Notes: a model not told the origin generated them from the sequence alone. A stretch of DNA of 36,604 bases from Candidatus Bipolaricaulota bacterium (GCA_003979035.1 RXOA01000119.1:1-36604), one strand, 5' to 3'; numbered from the stretch's first letter, positions 18,230 to 28,827 are shown. Translations and numbers: made by a program.

Positions 18230-19306
18230 CTAGATCAGCGTCGCTTCGGTCTCCGGATCGAAGAGATGGATCGTCTGCAAATTGACGCTGAGAAGGATCG
18301 ACGTATCCACATCCACCTTGCTGTGCGGATCAAGGCTGGCAACGACCTGTTGGCCACCACATTCCCCGTAGACAAGCAGGGAGTGTCCGAGTTGCTCGGT
18401 GACGGTGACCTGAATCCGAAGAGCGTTCTTCTCGCCATCTACCGGGCCTGACAGGTCTTCCGGCCTGATCCCGACCACCACGGCTTCCGGAAGCGGCTGC
18501 GCAGACGCCCGCTGAAGTTCGAGATCGAACCCTTCGGACTTCAGTTGAGAAGTCCCATCGACACTCACAACGCTTGCCGTGACGAAGTTCATCGCCGGAC
18601 TACCGATGAACCCGGCGACAAACTGGTTTGCGGGATGATCGTACGTTTCCTGCGGCGATGCGTACTGCTGAACGATCCCATCACGCATGACGGCGATCCG
18701 ATCTCCAAGGGTCATCGCTTCGACCTGATCGTGGGTGACGTAGATCGTGGTCGTCTGCAGCTTGTGATGGAGCTGCTCCAGTTCGGTTCTCATTTGCACA
18801 CGGAGTTTTGCATCAAGGTTCGAAAGAGGCTCGTCGAACAGGAACACCTTGGGATCCCGGACGATCGCGCGCCCCACGGCAACGCGCTGGCGCTGGCCGC
18901 CGGAAAGCTCCCTTGGTTTGCTTTTCATCTTGCTCTCAATGCCGAGGAGATCCGCCGCTTCCTGGACGCGGCGCTTGATCTCATCTTTGGGTGTCTTGCG
19001 CAGCTTGAGCCCGAATGCCATGTTGTTGTAGACATCCATGTGCGGGTACAGCGCGTAGTTCTGGAACACCATCGCGATGTCCCGATCCTTTGGCGGAACG
19101 CGATTCACCACGCGGTCACCGATGCGGATCTCCCCATCGGTCAACTCTTCGAGGCCGGCAACCATGCGCAGCGTTGTCGTCTTTCCACAGCCGGAAGGCC
19201 CAACAAGAACGGTAAACTTTCCGTCTTCGATCTCCATGGAGATGTCATTCACGGCCGTGAAATCCCCGAATTTCTTGGTCACGTTCGTCAGCGTTACTTG
19301 TGCCAT
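18230..19306 (-). CDS. Oligosaccharide ABC ATPase, MalK/MsmX/UgpC type, stand-alone
   Basis: GPSGCGKTT, VFQNYALYPH, LSGGQRQR, DEPLSNLD, YVTHDQ, GIRPED. RBS GAGGAG before ATG 19306. Confidence 0.93.
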   Translation of the reverse strand: MAQVTLTNVTKKFGDFTAVNDISMEIEDGKFTVLVGPSGCGKTTTLRMVAGLEELTDGEIRIGDRVVNRVPPKDRDIAMVFQNYALYPHMDVYNNMAFGLKLRKTPKDEIKRRVQEAADLLGIESKMKSKPRELSGGQRQRVAVGRAIVRDPKVFLFDEPLSNLDAKLRVQMRTELEQLHHKLQTTTIYVTHDQVEAMTLGDRIAVMRDGIVQQYASPQETYDHPANQFVAGFIGSPAMNFVTASVVSVDGTSQLKSEGFDLELQRASAQPLPEAVVVGIRPEDLSGPVDGEKNALRIQVTVTEQLGHSLLVYGECGGQQVVASLDPHSKVDVDTSILLSVNLQTIHLFDPETEATLI

Positions 19307-19669
19307 ATGGACTCCTCTTTCCGCTCTCCCGAAAGTTTGTTGAAGGCAAGACCAACGCACTTCCAGCGGGCGCTTCATCGCTGCACGCTACCAATCCTGA
19401 TCGTGCTCAGTGTATCGAGAAACGCTCGCAAGCGCTAGATGGGCCAGACAACCAGACGACTCATTGCAGAATGCCAGGATGCACTAGAAATACGGCCGTC
19501 CGATCGATCGTCAATCCGCCGCTACGCCGACCGGGTTGACTTTCGCTTCCCGTGTGCTCAAAGTTGATTGCCGTTTGAGCCGAAAGCTCTGCGCCAGGAC
19601 CCATCAGGAAGGATGGCATTGGATGCGTTTCCCGAACCACGCCGGAGCGAAGAAAAGCGGAGGAAATCA

Positions 19670-21739
19670 ATGATCACGTCCCAAGTCGACCACAGTTGTG
19701 TTCATGCATTGCGCTTCCTCTCATGCGATGCAATCGAGCAAGCCCGATCCGGACATCCGGGGCTGCCGCTCGGTGCCGCGCCGATGGCCTATGTTCTGTG
19801 GACACGACATCTTCGCCATCATCCGGCGGCGCCCGATTGGGCCGATCGCGATCGATTCGTGCTCTCCGCCGGTCACGGCTCCGCGCTGCTTTATTCCCTC
19901 CTCGTGCTCTCCGGGTACGGCCTGACGCTCGACGAGCTTCGAGCGTTCCGCCAATGGGGAAGCCGCGCGGCCGGGCATCCCGAGAGCCCCTTGTGTCCGG
20001 GCGTGGAGGTCACGACCGGTCCCCTTGGACAAGGGCTCGCCAATGCCGTTGGAATGGCAATCGCCGAACGGCATCTGGCGGCCCGTTACAACACGGGCAG
20101 CCACACCGTGGTGGACCATTACACCTATGCTCTGGTCGGCGACGGATGCCTGATGGAAGGCGTCTCCTACGAAGCCGCCGCGCTTGCCGGCCATCTCGGG
20201 CTCGGGAAGCTGATTGTGCTCTTTGACTCCAACCGCATCTCACTCGCCGGATCCACGTCGCTTACGACATCCGAAGATACCGGCGCTCGTTTCGCGGCGG
20301 CCGGCTGGCAGGTGCTCAAGGTGGACGATGGCGAAGAACTGCAAGCGATCGACGATGCAATCACCGTCGCGAAACAACAGACGGACAAGCCGACTTTGAT
20401 TGAAGTCTCGACGGTAATCGGACACGGCGCTCCGACCAAGCAGGGGTCATTCAAAGCACACGGCTCGCCGCTGGGCGCGGAGGAGCTTGACGCGGCCAAG
20501 AAAGCGGCGGGATGGCCTGTCGAACCACGATTCTTTGTCCCCGATGATGTACGCCAGCTGTTCGCGTCTGTTGGCGAGAAGGGCAAGAAGCTTCATGAAG
20601 AATGGCTGGAGCGGTTCTCCCTGTACGAAGCCGAGCTTCCCGCTCTTGCCGGGGACTTCCGTCGTCGCATGCAGGGGAAGCTTCCTCAAGGGTGGGACAA
20701 AGCCCTGCCGAAGTTCGAACCGGACGCCAAGGGACTGGCAACTCGCAAGGCTTCAGAGACGATCATGCAGGCTGCAGGCGCCGTCCTCCCCGAGCTGTTC
20801 GGCGGGTCAGCGGATCTTGATCCATCAACATTCACTTGGTTAAAGGAGAAAGGCGATTTCCAGCGGCCGGGCGCGGTCCCTGGCGATCTACAGGGCGCCG
20901 TCGGCGGTCCGTGGGGGTACGAGGGGCGGAACTTGCACTACGGCGTACGTGAACACGCCATGGGCTCGATCGCCAATGGCCTCGCCGCACATGGAGGATT
21001 GATCCCCTACACCGCCACGTTCCTCGTGTTCTCCGACTACATGAGACCGGCAATACGCCTCGCCGCCCTGAGCCGATACCCCGTGGTGTTCATCTTCACC
21101 CACGATAGCGTCGGTGTCGGTGAAGACGGCCCCACCCATCAGCCGATCGAGCAGATCGCTACGCTGCGCGCCATCCCCAACCTCACCGTCATCCGCCCCG
21201 CGGATGCCAACGAGGTGGCTGTCTCCTGGCAGATTGCGATCGAACAACGGAACGCCCCCACGGTTCTTGTCTTTTCGCGCCAAGCGCTTCCAACCATTGA
21301 CCGTACTCAGTGTGGCGCCGCAAACGGGACGCGCCGGGGGGCTTACGTGCTGTGGGACTCCGCTCCCGCCCCCGAGATCCTGCTGATGGCATCGGGATCT
21401 GAAGTTGCCGTGATCCTGGACGCGGCTCAAACCCTCGCGAACGAGGGCCATCGCGTCCGCGTGGTCTCCATGCCTAGCTGGGAGTTGTTCGAGCACCAGC
21501 CGGAGTCGTACCGCCGCGAGGTCCTTCCCGAAAGGATCGGACTGCGCATCGCAGTCGAGGCGGGGATTCGAATGGGGTGGGAGCGATACACTGGGGTCGG
21601 TCCGAAACAGCGAATGCTCAGCATCGATCGGTTCGGCGCAAGCGCGCCTGGCCCCGAAGTCATGAAGCAGCTCGGAATCTCTCCGGAGGCCGTGGTGACG
21701 GCGGCACACTCTCTGCTGATGCAAGAAGCGTCAAGCTAG
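19670..21739 (+). CDS. tkt: Transketolase
   Basis: [63 protein letters not shown] before ATG 19670. Confidence 0.97.
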   Translation: MITSQVDHSCVHALRFLSCDAIEQARSGHPGLPLGAAPMAYVLWTRHLRHHPAAPDWADRDRFVLSAGHGSALLYSLLVLSGYGLTLDELRAFRQWGSRAAGHPESPLCPGVEVTTGPLGQGLANAVGMAIAERHLAARYNTGSHTVVDHYTYALVGDGCLMEGVSYEAAALAGHLGLGKLIVLFDSNRISLAGSTSLTTSEDTGARFAAAGWQVLKVDDGEELQAIDDAITVAKQQTDKPTLIEVSTVIGHGAPTKQGSFKAHGSPLGAEELDAAKKAAGWPVEPRFFVPDDVRQLFASVGEKGKKLHEEWLERFSLYEAELPALAGDFRRRMQGKLPQGWDKALPKFEPDAKGLATRKASETIMQAAGAVLPELFGGSADLDPSTFTWLKEKGDFQRPGAVPGDLQGAVGGPWGYEGRNLHYGVREHAMGSIANGLAAHGGLIPYTATFLVFSDYMRPAIRLAALSRYPVVFIFTHDSVGVGEDGPTHQPIEQIATLRAIPNLTVIRPADANEVAVSWQIAIEQRNAPTVLVFSRQALPTIDRTQCGAANGTRRGAYVLWDSAPAPEILLMASGSEVAVILDAAQTLANEGHRVRVVSMPSWELFEHQPESYRREVLPERIGLRIAVEAGIRMGWERYTGVGPKQRMLSIDRFGASAPGPEVMKQLGISPEAVVTAAHSLLMQEASS

Positions 21740-23002
21740 ATGAAGAGACTCCTCGGAAGCATGCTGCGGGAGTACCTTGCGACCATGCGAGGATTCTCGC
21801 GCGATGCAAAGCTCTATCTGATCTGCACGTCTCTGTACAGCTTGATGATCGGGGTGCAGTATCTGTATCTCAACCTCTATGCGCTGGAACTCGGATTCGA
21901 TCAGGCCTTCATCGGATTGCTCGTCGGAATCCCCGCGTTTGTCACCGCGTCGGCGGCCCTTCCCGTGGGCTTTCTCCTGCCACGCTTCGGCTATCGCCGT
22001 GGATTGCTTCTGGGCGTCTCACTCCAGATCGGCGCTCTCCTCGGCTGGACGTTGCTCCCGTTTCGCGCGCCGTTGTTGGCGGCGAGTGCCCTGTGGGGGC
22101 TCGGCTCGGCATTGACGATGATCACCGCATCCCCCCTGATGGCCGACGTTTCTACCGAACGGGACCGCACCCATCTTTTCTCGATTCAATTCGCGGCGGC
22201 GACGCTGGCCACCGTCGTCGCCAGCGCCGTCGGCGGGGTTCTTCCCGGCCTCTATCATCGGCTGTTCGGTCTTCCCGACTCTGGGCCGGCCCCGTATCGA
22301 GCCACACTGATCACGGCAATGGTCATCGCCAGCTTCGCGCTTGCTCCGGTGATCTGGATGGGTCGTCATCGTGGACGGGTGAACCTGTCGTTGAAACGCG
22401 CCAAGCTGCGCCCCCATCGCAAGCCGCTTCTGCAGCTAATCGCTATTCAGCTGACGATCTCGTGCGGCGCCGGGCTGATCATGCCGTTTGTCAACGTGTT
22501 CTATCGGATTGAGTTCGGCGCTTCGGATGCGACCCTCGGGATGGCGTTTGCCATCTCTTCGCTGACAATCGTCTTCGCCGGATTGATGATGCCGCTTCTT
22601 GTGAAGCGACTGGGCAACATCTGGGCAATCGCCTTGACCCAGCTTCTCTCTCTGCCGTTTCTGTTGGTGATGGGCTTTGCGCCGTGGCTTTGGATCTCGA
22701 TCTCCGGCTACCTCATCCGGACGGCGCTCATGAACATGAGCACGCCCACGTTCAACGCGCTTTCGATGGGGGTGGTTCCGCCGTCCCTCCGTCCTCTTGC
22801 CGCAAGCCTCGTTTCGCTGTCGTGGAACGGCGGCTGGGCGCTAAGTTCGTTTGTCAGCGGACACATACAGGGCGTGGCAGGCTTCTCGCCCCTGTTTCTG
22901 GCAATGATGGGATTCTACCTGCTGTCGCCGATTCTCGTGGTCGTCTTCTTCCGCAAGTCCTCCTCCGCGAGCGATGGCGCACACGCGACCGAAGAGCTCT
23001 AA
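21740..23002 (+). CDS. MFS transporter, substrate unknown
   Basis: 420 aa, about 12 hydrophobic segments, motif-A-like GFLLPRFGYRR; starts immediately after the tkt stop. Confidence 0.85.
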   Translation: MKRLLGSMLREYLATMRGFSRDAKLYLICTSLYSLMIGVQYLYLNLYALELGFDQAFIGLLVGIPAFVTASAALPVGFLLPRFGYRRGLLLGVSLQIGALLGWTLLPFRAPLLAASALWGLGSALTMITASPLMADVSTERDRTHLFSIQFAAATLATVVASAVGGVLPGLYHRLFGLPDSGPAPYRATLITAMVIASFALAPVIWMGRHRGRVNLSLKRAKLRPHRKPLLQLIAIQLTISCGAGLIMPFVNVFYRIEFGASDATLGMAFAISSLTIVFAGLMMPLLVKRLGNIWAIALTQLLSLPFLLVMGFAPWLWISISGYLIRTALMNMSTPTFNALSMGVVPPSLRPLAASLVSLSWNGGWALSSFVSGHIQGVAGFSPLFLAMMGFYLLSPILVVVFFRKSSSASDGAHATEEL

Positions 23003-23030
23003 TCTAGGGTGCTTCCGGAGACGCCTCTCG

Positions 23031-23504
23031 TCACGAATGCATCGCGGGATCCATGTTCTCGATCCTCGGGACCCGGTCGACGGCGTCCGCTGCAAGCAGC
23101 TCAGCCAGACGCTGCGCCGCACACACGGCTTCCTCCGAAATCGCCTCGCCCAACGCAGTGCTCTTGGGCTCAATGCCGATCAAGACAATCCGACCGGCAG
23201 CTTCCCGCAGACGTTCGATCAGAAATGGCAACGGAAGTCCGTGCGTGGAAAGAAGCATCCTGTCGGCAAATTCGGTCGGAAGACGAAACACGGAGCCAAT
23301 CGGCGCGCCCATCCGCGCGGCGTCGACCACCACAAGAAGATCGGGGGTCTCGCGACGGATGAGTCCGGTTACGTTCTCCGGCGAGAGTCCGGCATCGACA
23401 ATCCGCCAATCCGCCCCTGAATCCCGCAAGTACGCCGCCGTGCGTGCGGCAACGCCGTCATCCCCGGCAAGTGGGTTGCCGATCGCAAGCAGCATCCGCG
23501 TCAT
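23031..23504 (-). CDS. Hydrogenase maturation protease (HycI/HybD family)
   Basis: IGNPLAGDDG, PEN, VVDAA, STHGLP, IGIEP; 157 aa; ATGA overlap with the accA stop. Confidence 0.88.
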   Translation of the reverse strand: MTRMLLAIGNPLAGDDGVAARTAAYLRDSGADWRIVDAGLSPENVTGLIRRETPDLLVVVDAARMGAPIGSVFRLPTEFADRMLLSTHGLPLPFLIERLREAAGRIVLIGIEPKSTALGEAISEEAVCAAQRLAELLAADAVDRVPRIENMDPAMHS

Positions 23505-24454
23505 GCTTCAGCCAATGTGTGGAATTCCCCAGTATTGCGGTAGCGCGCGTAGCGTGCCTCCACGAGCCGCTCCCGCGGCGTGTTCTGCAGCTCTTCGACA
23601 TGCCGGACAAGACTCGTGCGAACCGATTCAAAGACTTCCGGCCAGTTCTTGTGCGCGCCTCCCAATGGTTCAGGAACGACTTCATCGATCAATCCGAGTC
23701 GCAGAAGCTTCCCCGCCGTGAGTTGCAGCGCTTCCGCCGCCTCTCGAGTTCGATCCTTGTCCTTCCAGAGAATTGCCGCAGCACCTTCAGGACTGATCAC
23801 GGAAAAGGTGGCGTTCTCCAGCATCAGAATACGATCCCCAACGCCAACAGCCAGGGCGCCCCCTGAGCCTCCTTCGCCGACAATGCACACAACAATCGGA
23901 ACACGAAGACGCGACATAAGGGCGAGGTTCTCGGCAATCGCGCCGCCGATATTCCCGGACTCCGACTCCAGCCCCGGATAGGCTCCCGCCGTATCGACAA
24001 GCGAGATCACCGGCAGGTCGAACCGCTCGGCAAGAAGCAGAAGCCGGTGCGCCTTCCGATACCCTTGAGGCCGGGGCATCCCGAAGAAGCGCTCCTTGTT
24101 CTCTTCTGTGGTACGCCCTTTCTGCTGACCGATCACGGCAACCGGTTTGCCGTCAAGTCTCGCCAGGCCGATGATCAGGGCCCGGTCGTCTCCCACGAAT
24201 CGGTCACCATGTAGTTCGTAGAAGTCCGTGAAGATGCGCTCGAAGTAGTCGCACGCGTACGGGCGCTTGGAGTGTCGTGCGATCTTGACGCGATCCCAAT
24301 CCGACAAATCCGCGTAGAGCGCCGCCCGCAACGACTCAAGCTTCGTTTCGAGCTTCGTGATTTCGGATGACAGATCCATCCCTTCCATCTTGTTCAGTTC
24401 TTGAAGCTCGCGGATCTTCGCTTCCAGCAAATCGAGCGTTCGTTCGTCGCTCAT
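23501..24454 (-). CDS. accA: Acetyl-CoA carboxylase carboxyltransferase alpha subunit
   Basis: ARHSKRP, ELHGDR, FGMPRPQGYRKA, DTAGAYPG, GEGGSGGAL, VISPEGAAAILW, EPLGGAH. Confidence 0.97.
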   Translation of the reverse strand: MSDERTLDLLEAKIRELQELNKMEGMDLSSEITKLETKLESLRAALYADLSDWDRVKIARHSKRPYACDYFERIFTDFYELHGDRFVGDDRALIIGLARLDGKPVAVIGQQKGRTTEENKERFFGMPRPQGYRKAHRLLLLAERFDLPVISLVDTAGAYPGLESESGNIGGAIAENLALMSRLRVPIVVCIVGEGGSGGALAVGVGDRILMLENATFSVISPEGAAAILWKDKDRTREAAEALQLTAGKLLRLGLIDEVVPEPLGGAHKNWPEVFESVRTSLVRHVEELQNTPRERLVEARYARYRNTGEFHTLAEA

Positions 24455-25314
24455 GACTCCCTCTTCTCCGTCGATTGGAAGAATCGAATCACGTGGATCA
24501 GTTCCTCACGAAGGTTCTCACGATTCACCACTCGATCGATAAAGCCATGCTGGAAAGCGAAGGCATCCGTCTGAAAATTCGCCGGAAGATCCTCACCGGT
24601 GGTATCGCGAATGACTCTCCTCCCCGCGAACCCGATCAGAGCACCCCGTTCGGCAATGATGATGTCGCCGAGGCTGGCAACGGAAGCCTGCACACCCCCA
24701 GTGGTCGGATAGGCCATGACCGAGATGAATGGCACGGCATCTCTCGCCAGCCGCTCGCGAACGGCGGCTGTTTTCGCCATTTGCATCAAGGCATACATGC
24801 CTTCTTGAATTCTCGCGCCGCCGGATGAGGAGATAAGGATGAAAGGCGTTTTGCGTTCCGCCGCCTGCTCCATCCCGTAGCAGATCTGCTCACCCACAAC
24901 CGAACCCATGCTCCCGCCGACAAAGCGGAAGTCCATAACCCCCATCACCACAGGAATTTCGCCCATCTTCGCCTCTGCAATCAGGATCGCGCTGGGCAAC
25001 CCCGTTCTCTCCTGAGCAACCTCAATCCGTTCCGGATAGGACTTGCTGTCGATAAACGCCAGCGGATCTCCGGCAACGATGGGCTTCGAAATGTCGACGA
25101 ATGATCCTTCGTCAATCAAAGATTCGATCCGTTCCGGCGCCGTCAGGAAGAAGTACTCCCCGCAGTTGGGGCAAATGTTGTTGTTCTCTCGCACACGACG
25201 TTTGAAAACCAGTTCACCGCACGCCTTGCACTGCATCCACAGGCTCTCGTCCTGGGATCGCTCCAGCTCGACGCGCAAGTACTCTCTGTCTTTGAAAATC
25301 GGCATTGCTCTCAC
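24451..25314 (-). CDS. accD: Acetyl-CoA carboxylase carboxyltransferase beta subunit
   Basis: Zn finger CKAC...CPNC, GGSMGSVVGE, SGGARIQEG, LMQMAKT, PTTGGV, IGFAGRRVI. Start is GTG 25314 or ATG 25305. Confidence 0.97.
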   Translation of the reverse strand: MRAMPIFKDREYLRVELERSQDESLWMQCKACGELVFKRRVRENNNICPNCGEYFFLTAPERIESLIDEGSFVDISKPIVAGDPLAFIDSKSYPERIEVAQERTGLPSAILIAEAKMGEIPVVMGVMDFRFVGGSMGSVVGEQICYGMEQAAERKTPFILISSSGGARIQEGMYALMQMAKTAAVRERLARDAVPFISVMAYPTTGGVQASVASLGDIIIAERGALIGFAGRRVIRDTTGEDLPANFQTDAFAFQHGFIDRVVNRENLREELIHVIRFFQSTEKRES

Positions 25315-26000
25315 CTTGTTTGCTTCCGACGACGGAAAAGATGCAGCTGTTCGCGGATCTTCTCTTGATCGCCCTCAATCCGCAAGCCGTCGGGAAGAGC
25401 CGAACCGCTTGACATGATCATCGATAGGGCGTCCTCGACAGGGATATCGATTTCAGTGACTGCATGTTTCGGAACCACGACGAGGTATCCCGACAATGGA
25501 TTCGGCGATGTCGGCACATACACCATGATCGATTCATCCTTGGTAATCTCCTGGACGGTGCCCAGATTCTCATTGGTAACCAACCCAAACACGTACAGGT
25601 TCTCCTTCGGGTACTCGAACAGGACGACCTTGGAGAAGGACGTCGCCGACTCTCGATCAAGAACGGCGTTGAACAACTGCTTGAATGTTCCGTACATCTT
25701 GCGAATCCCCGGTACCGTAAGAACGATCCGCTCCACCCATGCGTGGATGCTTCGCCCCATGACGTTCCGGATGACAAACCCAACCGCAAGGATGATGACG
25801 ATCATGACAATGATCCCCATCCCCGGCACCCATCGGCCGAATGTCGCTTCGACGGCCTGGCCGAAGGCTGTCTCCCTGCCTACGATCCGGTCCACTAGCC
25901 CGTAAAGCCAGTACAGAACGTAGAATGTCGCCCCCAAAGGAAGCAGGGCAACCAATCCACTTACGAACAGGTTCCGGACTTTCTTGAGGAACTGTCGCAC
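25311..26000 (-). CDS. DUF502 family membrane protein
   Basis: FVSGLVALLP, two TM segments, VPGIRKMY, VVLFEYP, VYVPTSPNPLSGY, IMSSG. GTG 26000 preceded by GGAGG. Confidence 0.88.
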   Translation of the reverse strand: MRQFLKKVRNLFVSGLVALLPLGATFYVLYWLYGLVDRIVGRETAFGQAVEATFGRWVPGMGIIVMIVIILAVGFVIRNVMGRSIHAWVERIVLTVPGIRKMYGTFKQLFNAVLDRESATSFSKVVLFEYPKENLYVFGLVTNENLGTVQEITKDESIMVYVPTSPNPLSGYLVVVPKHAVTEIDIPVEDALSMIMSSGSALPDGLRIEGDQEKIREQLHLFRRRKQTR

Positions 26001-26055
26001 GACTCGCCTCCCGGGCGGATCCGCCACGATTCGCCGTTCGTCGCTGCTGTCGCAC

Positions 26056-26132
26056 TCTTCCGAGCGTATCTTCCGACTTGTCTGTGATTCCGCGCTCTCG
26101 CCGCTTCTTCCGAGTGCATCTTCCGATCTGTC
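26056..26132. repeat. Two 27-bp direct repeats, each holding two TCTTCCGA octamers
   Basis: 26056-26082 and 26106-26132 match at 23/27; octamers start at 26056, 26069, 26106 and 26119. Confidence 0.75.
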
Positions 26133-26136
26133 GGCT

Positions 26137-26142
26137 ATTATA
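26137..26142 (-). promoter_or_regulatory. Candidate -10 box for the DUF502-accDA operon
   Basis: Perfect TATAAT on the minus strand in GC-rich DNA; no correctly spaced -35 seen. Confidence 0.45.
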
Positions 26143-26146
26143 GGCA

Positions 26147-26725
26147 ATGATGAATCGCGGTGCATCAATCCGTCTTCTCTACCGAGTTTTGATCGTCATC
26201 ATCGTCATGGCGATGGCGGCGACGCTGGTGCTGGTATCGACAGCCGTGCTGTTCCCGCTTCGCTACGAACCCAGCATCGATCACTGGGCATCGGAGCATG
26301 GCCAGCTTGATCCGTGGCTTGTCGCTGCCGTCATCCACGCGGAGAGCCGCTTCCGTCCGAATGCGGTTTCCTCGGCCGGGGCACAGGGCCTGATGCAGAT
26401 CATGCCCGCGACCGGGACATGGATCGCCGAGCAAATCGGGGTCGACGTTCCCATCGGTCTTGAAGATCCAGATACAAACATCCGCCTTGGGACTTGGTAT
26501 CTGTCTTATCTGCTGGATCGCTACGGGGGAGACCTCACCACGGCCCTTGCCGCCTACAACGCCGGCCCCTCAGCTGTCGATCGCTGGAAAGCCTCCGGCG
26601 AATCGCCGTACGATGAGACAACCACGTACGTCTCCCGTGTCCTGGACCGCCGACAAGTGTATGCATTGCTGTACGGAACGCCTTTCCTCGGCTCATTGCT
26701 TCGAACTGCGTCGACGTCTCTTTGA
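26147..26725 (+). CDS. Lytic transglycosylase (SLT domain) with N-terminal membrane anchor
   Basis: AVIHAESRF, GAQGLMQIMPAT, NIRLGTWYL, ALAAYNAG, ETTTYV. Confidence 0.93.
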   Translation: MMNRGASIRLLYRVLIVIIVMAMAATLVLVSTAVLFPLRYEPSIDHWASEHGQLDPWLVAAVIHAESRFRPNAVSSAGAQGLMQIMPATGTWIAEQIGVDVPIGLEDPDTNIRLGTWYLSYLLDRYGGDLTTALAAYNAGPSAVDRWKASGESPYDETTTYVSRVLDRRQVYALLYGTPFLGSLLRTASTSL

Positions 26726-26789
26726 TCCACGGGGACCGCTTGGCTAGTATTTCGGCAACCACAATCACAATACGAAAGGTGGTCCAACC

Positions 26790-28751
26790 GTGGCGGAGTT
26801 GGTGAACTGGGTCCGAAAGGATCCTATCGAGGAGAATGTGTTCTGGCCGTCCGACGATCTCAAGGAACGTTCTTGGGTATCGGACGAATCGATCTACGAG
26901 CAGGCAAAGGCAGATCCTGAGGCTTTTTGGGCCAAACATGCCGAAGAGCTGCACTGGTTCAAGAAGTGGGACAAAGCGTATGAATTCTCGCCCCACAACT
27001 ACAAATGGTTCGGCGGCGGGAAGATCAATCTGTCCTACAACTCGCTGGATCGGCATATCAAAGAAGGGCGCGGCGATCGGATTGCACTGATTTGGGAGCC
27101 CGAGCCGATCAATGAGCCTGCTTTGAAGCTCACGTACAGTGAATTGCACAAGCGCGTCTGCAAATTCGCAAACGCACTCAAGGAACTTGGAGTCAGGAAG
27201 GGCGATTCCATCGGAATCTACCTTCCCATGATTCCCGAAGCCGTGATCGCGATGCAGGCGTGTGCTCGAATTGGAGCGCCGCACAGCGTGGTTTTTTCGG
27301 CCTTCTCACCGGAGTCGCTTCGCGATCGAATGATCGATGCCAAAGCCAAGGTGGTCATCACCGCTGACGGGTACTACCGGCGAGGAAAGGCCATCCGGCT
27401 CAAGCAGAACGCCGACAACGGCACCGCAGGCACGCCGGTAGAGAAGCTCATCGTTGTGAAGCGCCTTCAGGAAGACACGCCGATGACCCCCGGCCGCGAT
27501 CTCTGGTACCACGACGTGGTCGCCGACCAGCCGGAAACTTGCCCCGCGGAGGAGATGGATTCCGAAGACCTTTCGTTCCTTCTCTACACGTCGGGCACGA
27601 CCGGCAAGCCGAAGGGGATCATGCATACGACCGGCGGGTATGCCGTTCAAGCCCACTTGACGGCCAAGTGGAATTTCGACCTTCATGAAGGCGATGTCTA
27701 CTGGTGCACGGCGGATGTCGGTTGGATCACGGGTCACACCTACATCAACTACGGTCCGCTGATGAACGGCGTCACCACGTTGGTGTACGAAGGATCGCCG
27801 GATACGCCGGACTACGGTCGATTCTGGTCGATCATCGAAAAGCACAAAGTCACGCAGCTGTATACCGCTCCTACGGCGATCCGCATGTTCGTCAAGCAGG
27901 GTGACGACTGGCCGAACAAGCATGATCTCTCTTCACTGCGCCTTCTTGGGACCGTGGGCGAGCCGATCAATGTGGATGCCTGGCTCTGGTATTTCAACGT
28001 CATCGGCGGCGGTCGCTGCCCGATCATCGATACTTGGTGGCAGACGGAAACCGGGGCCAACATGGTCAACAGCCTCCCCGGAATCGGCCCGTTTGTTCCC
28101 ACGGTCGCCGGGCGATCATTCCCTGGGATTCTTGGCCACATTCTCGACTCCGGCGGATCTCCGGTTCCGGCAGGCGAGGGCGGCTATCTTGCGATCTACA
28201 GCCCATTCCCCCCGGCGCTAACCCGAGGGATCTATGGCGATATGGAACGTTTCGCCAAGCAGTACTTCGCCGAGTACGGTCCAGAACGCTACTTCACCAG
28301 TGATGGTGCTCGCATGGACGAAGCAGGCAACATTCGCATCACCGGTCGCGTGGACGATGTGATGAACGTTGCCGGTCATCGACTGGCGACCGCTGAAGTG
28401 GAGAGCGCGTTGGCGCAGAACGACAAGGTCAGCGAAGTCGCTGTTGTGTCGCGCCCTCACGACCTCAAGGGAGAAGTCCCCGTTGCGTTCGTGCTGCTCC
28501 GCGCTGGCGTCGAGCCCTCCGAAGACATCCGCAAGGAGCTGATGGCGACGGTCAATTCGGTCATCGGTCCGACGGGCCGTCCCGACGAAATCGTCTTTGC
28601 TCACGATGTTCCCAAGACTCGCAGCGGCAAGATCATGCGCCGCGTACTCAAGGCGCTGGTGCGCAACGAGCCTGTCGGGGATCTGACGACACTCCAGAAC
28701 CCCGAGAGCGTGGAGCATCTCAAAGATCAGGTCGGTTACGGAGAATCGTAA
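26790..28751 (+). CDS. acs: AMP-forming acetyl-CoA synthetase
   Basis: YTSGTTGKPKG, ADVGWITGH, TVGEPIN, DTWWQTETG, GRVDDV, PKTRSGKIMRR. Confidence 0.96.
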   Translation: MAELVNWVRKDPIEENVFWPSDDLKERSWVSDESIYEQAKADPEAFWAKHAEELHWFKKWDKAYEFSPHNYKWFGGGKINLSYNSLDRHIKEGRGDRIALIWEPEPINEPALKLTYSELHKRVCKFANALKELGVRKGDSIGIYLPMIPEAVIAMQACARIGAPHSVVFSAFSPESLRDRMIDAKAKVVITADGYYRRGKAIRLKQNADNGTAGTPVEKLIVVKRLQEDTPMTPGRDLWYHDVVADQPETCPAEEMDSEDLSFLLYTSGTTGKPKGIMHTTGGYAVQAHLTAKWNFDLHEGDVYWCTADVGWITGHTYINYGPLMNGVTTLVYEGSPDTPDYGRFWSIIEKHKVTQLYTAPTAIRMFVKQGDDWPNKHDLSSLRLLGTVGEPINVDAWLWYFNVIGGGRCPIIDTWWQTETGANMVNSLPGIGPFVPTVAGRSFPGILGHILDSGGSPVPAGEGGYLAIYSPFPPALTRGIYGDMERFAKQYFAEYGPERYFTSDGARMDEAGNIRITGRVDDVMNVAGHRLATAEVESALAQNDKVSEVAVVSRPHDLKGEVPVAFVLLRAGVEPSEDIRKELMATVNSVIGPTGRPDEIVFAHDVPKTRSGKIMRRVLKALVRNEPVGDLTTLQNPESVEHLKDQVGYGES

Positions 28752-28797
28752 TCAACGTGTGTCTGCTGATGTCATCGCAAGATACAGTCTGAATCAG

Positions 28798-28827
28798 AAC
28801 GGGGGTGGCACAATCCGCCCCCGTTTT
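28798..28827 (+). terminator. Hairpin with short U-tract after acs
   Basis: AACGGGGGTGG / CCGCCCCCGTT (one G-U pair) then TT. Confidence 0.6.

Noticed and set aside
19536-19564. TTGACT as the -35 of a tkt promoter
   Set aside because: The hexamer 17 nt downstream (CAAAGT) is a poor -10.
26056-26132. Repeats as a mini-CRISPR array
   Set aside because: Only two imperfect units with a 23-nt gap, internally repetitive, and no cas genes in the window.
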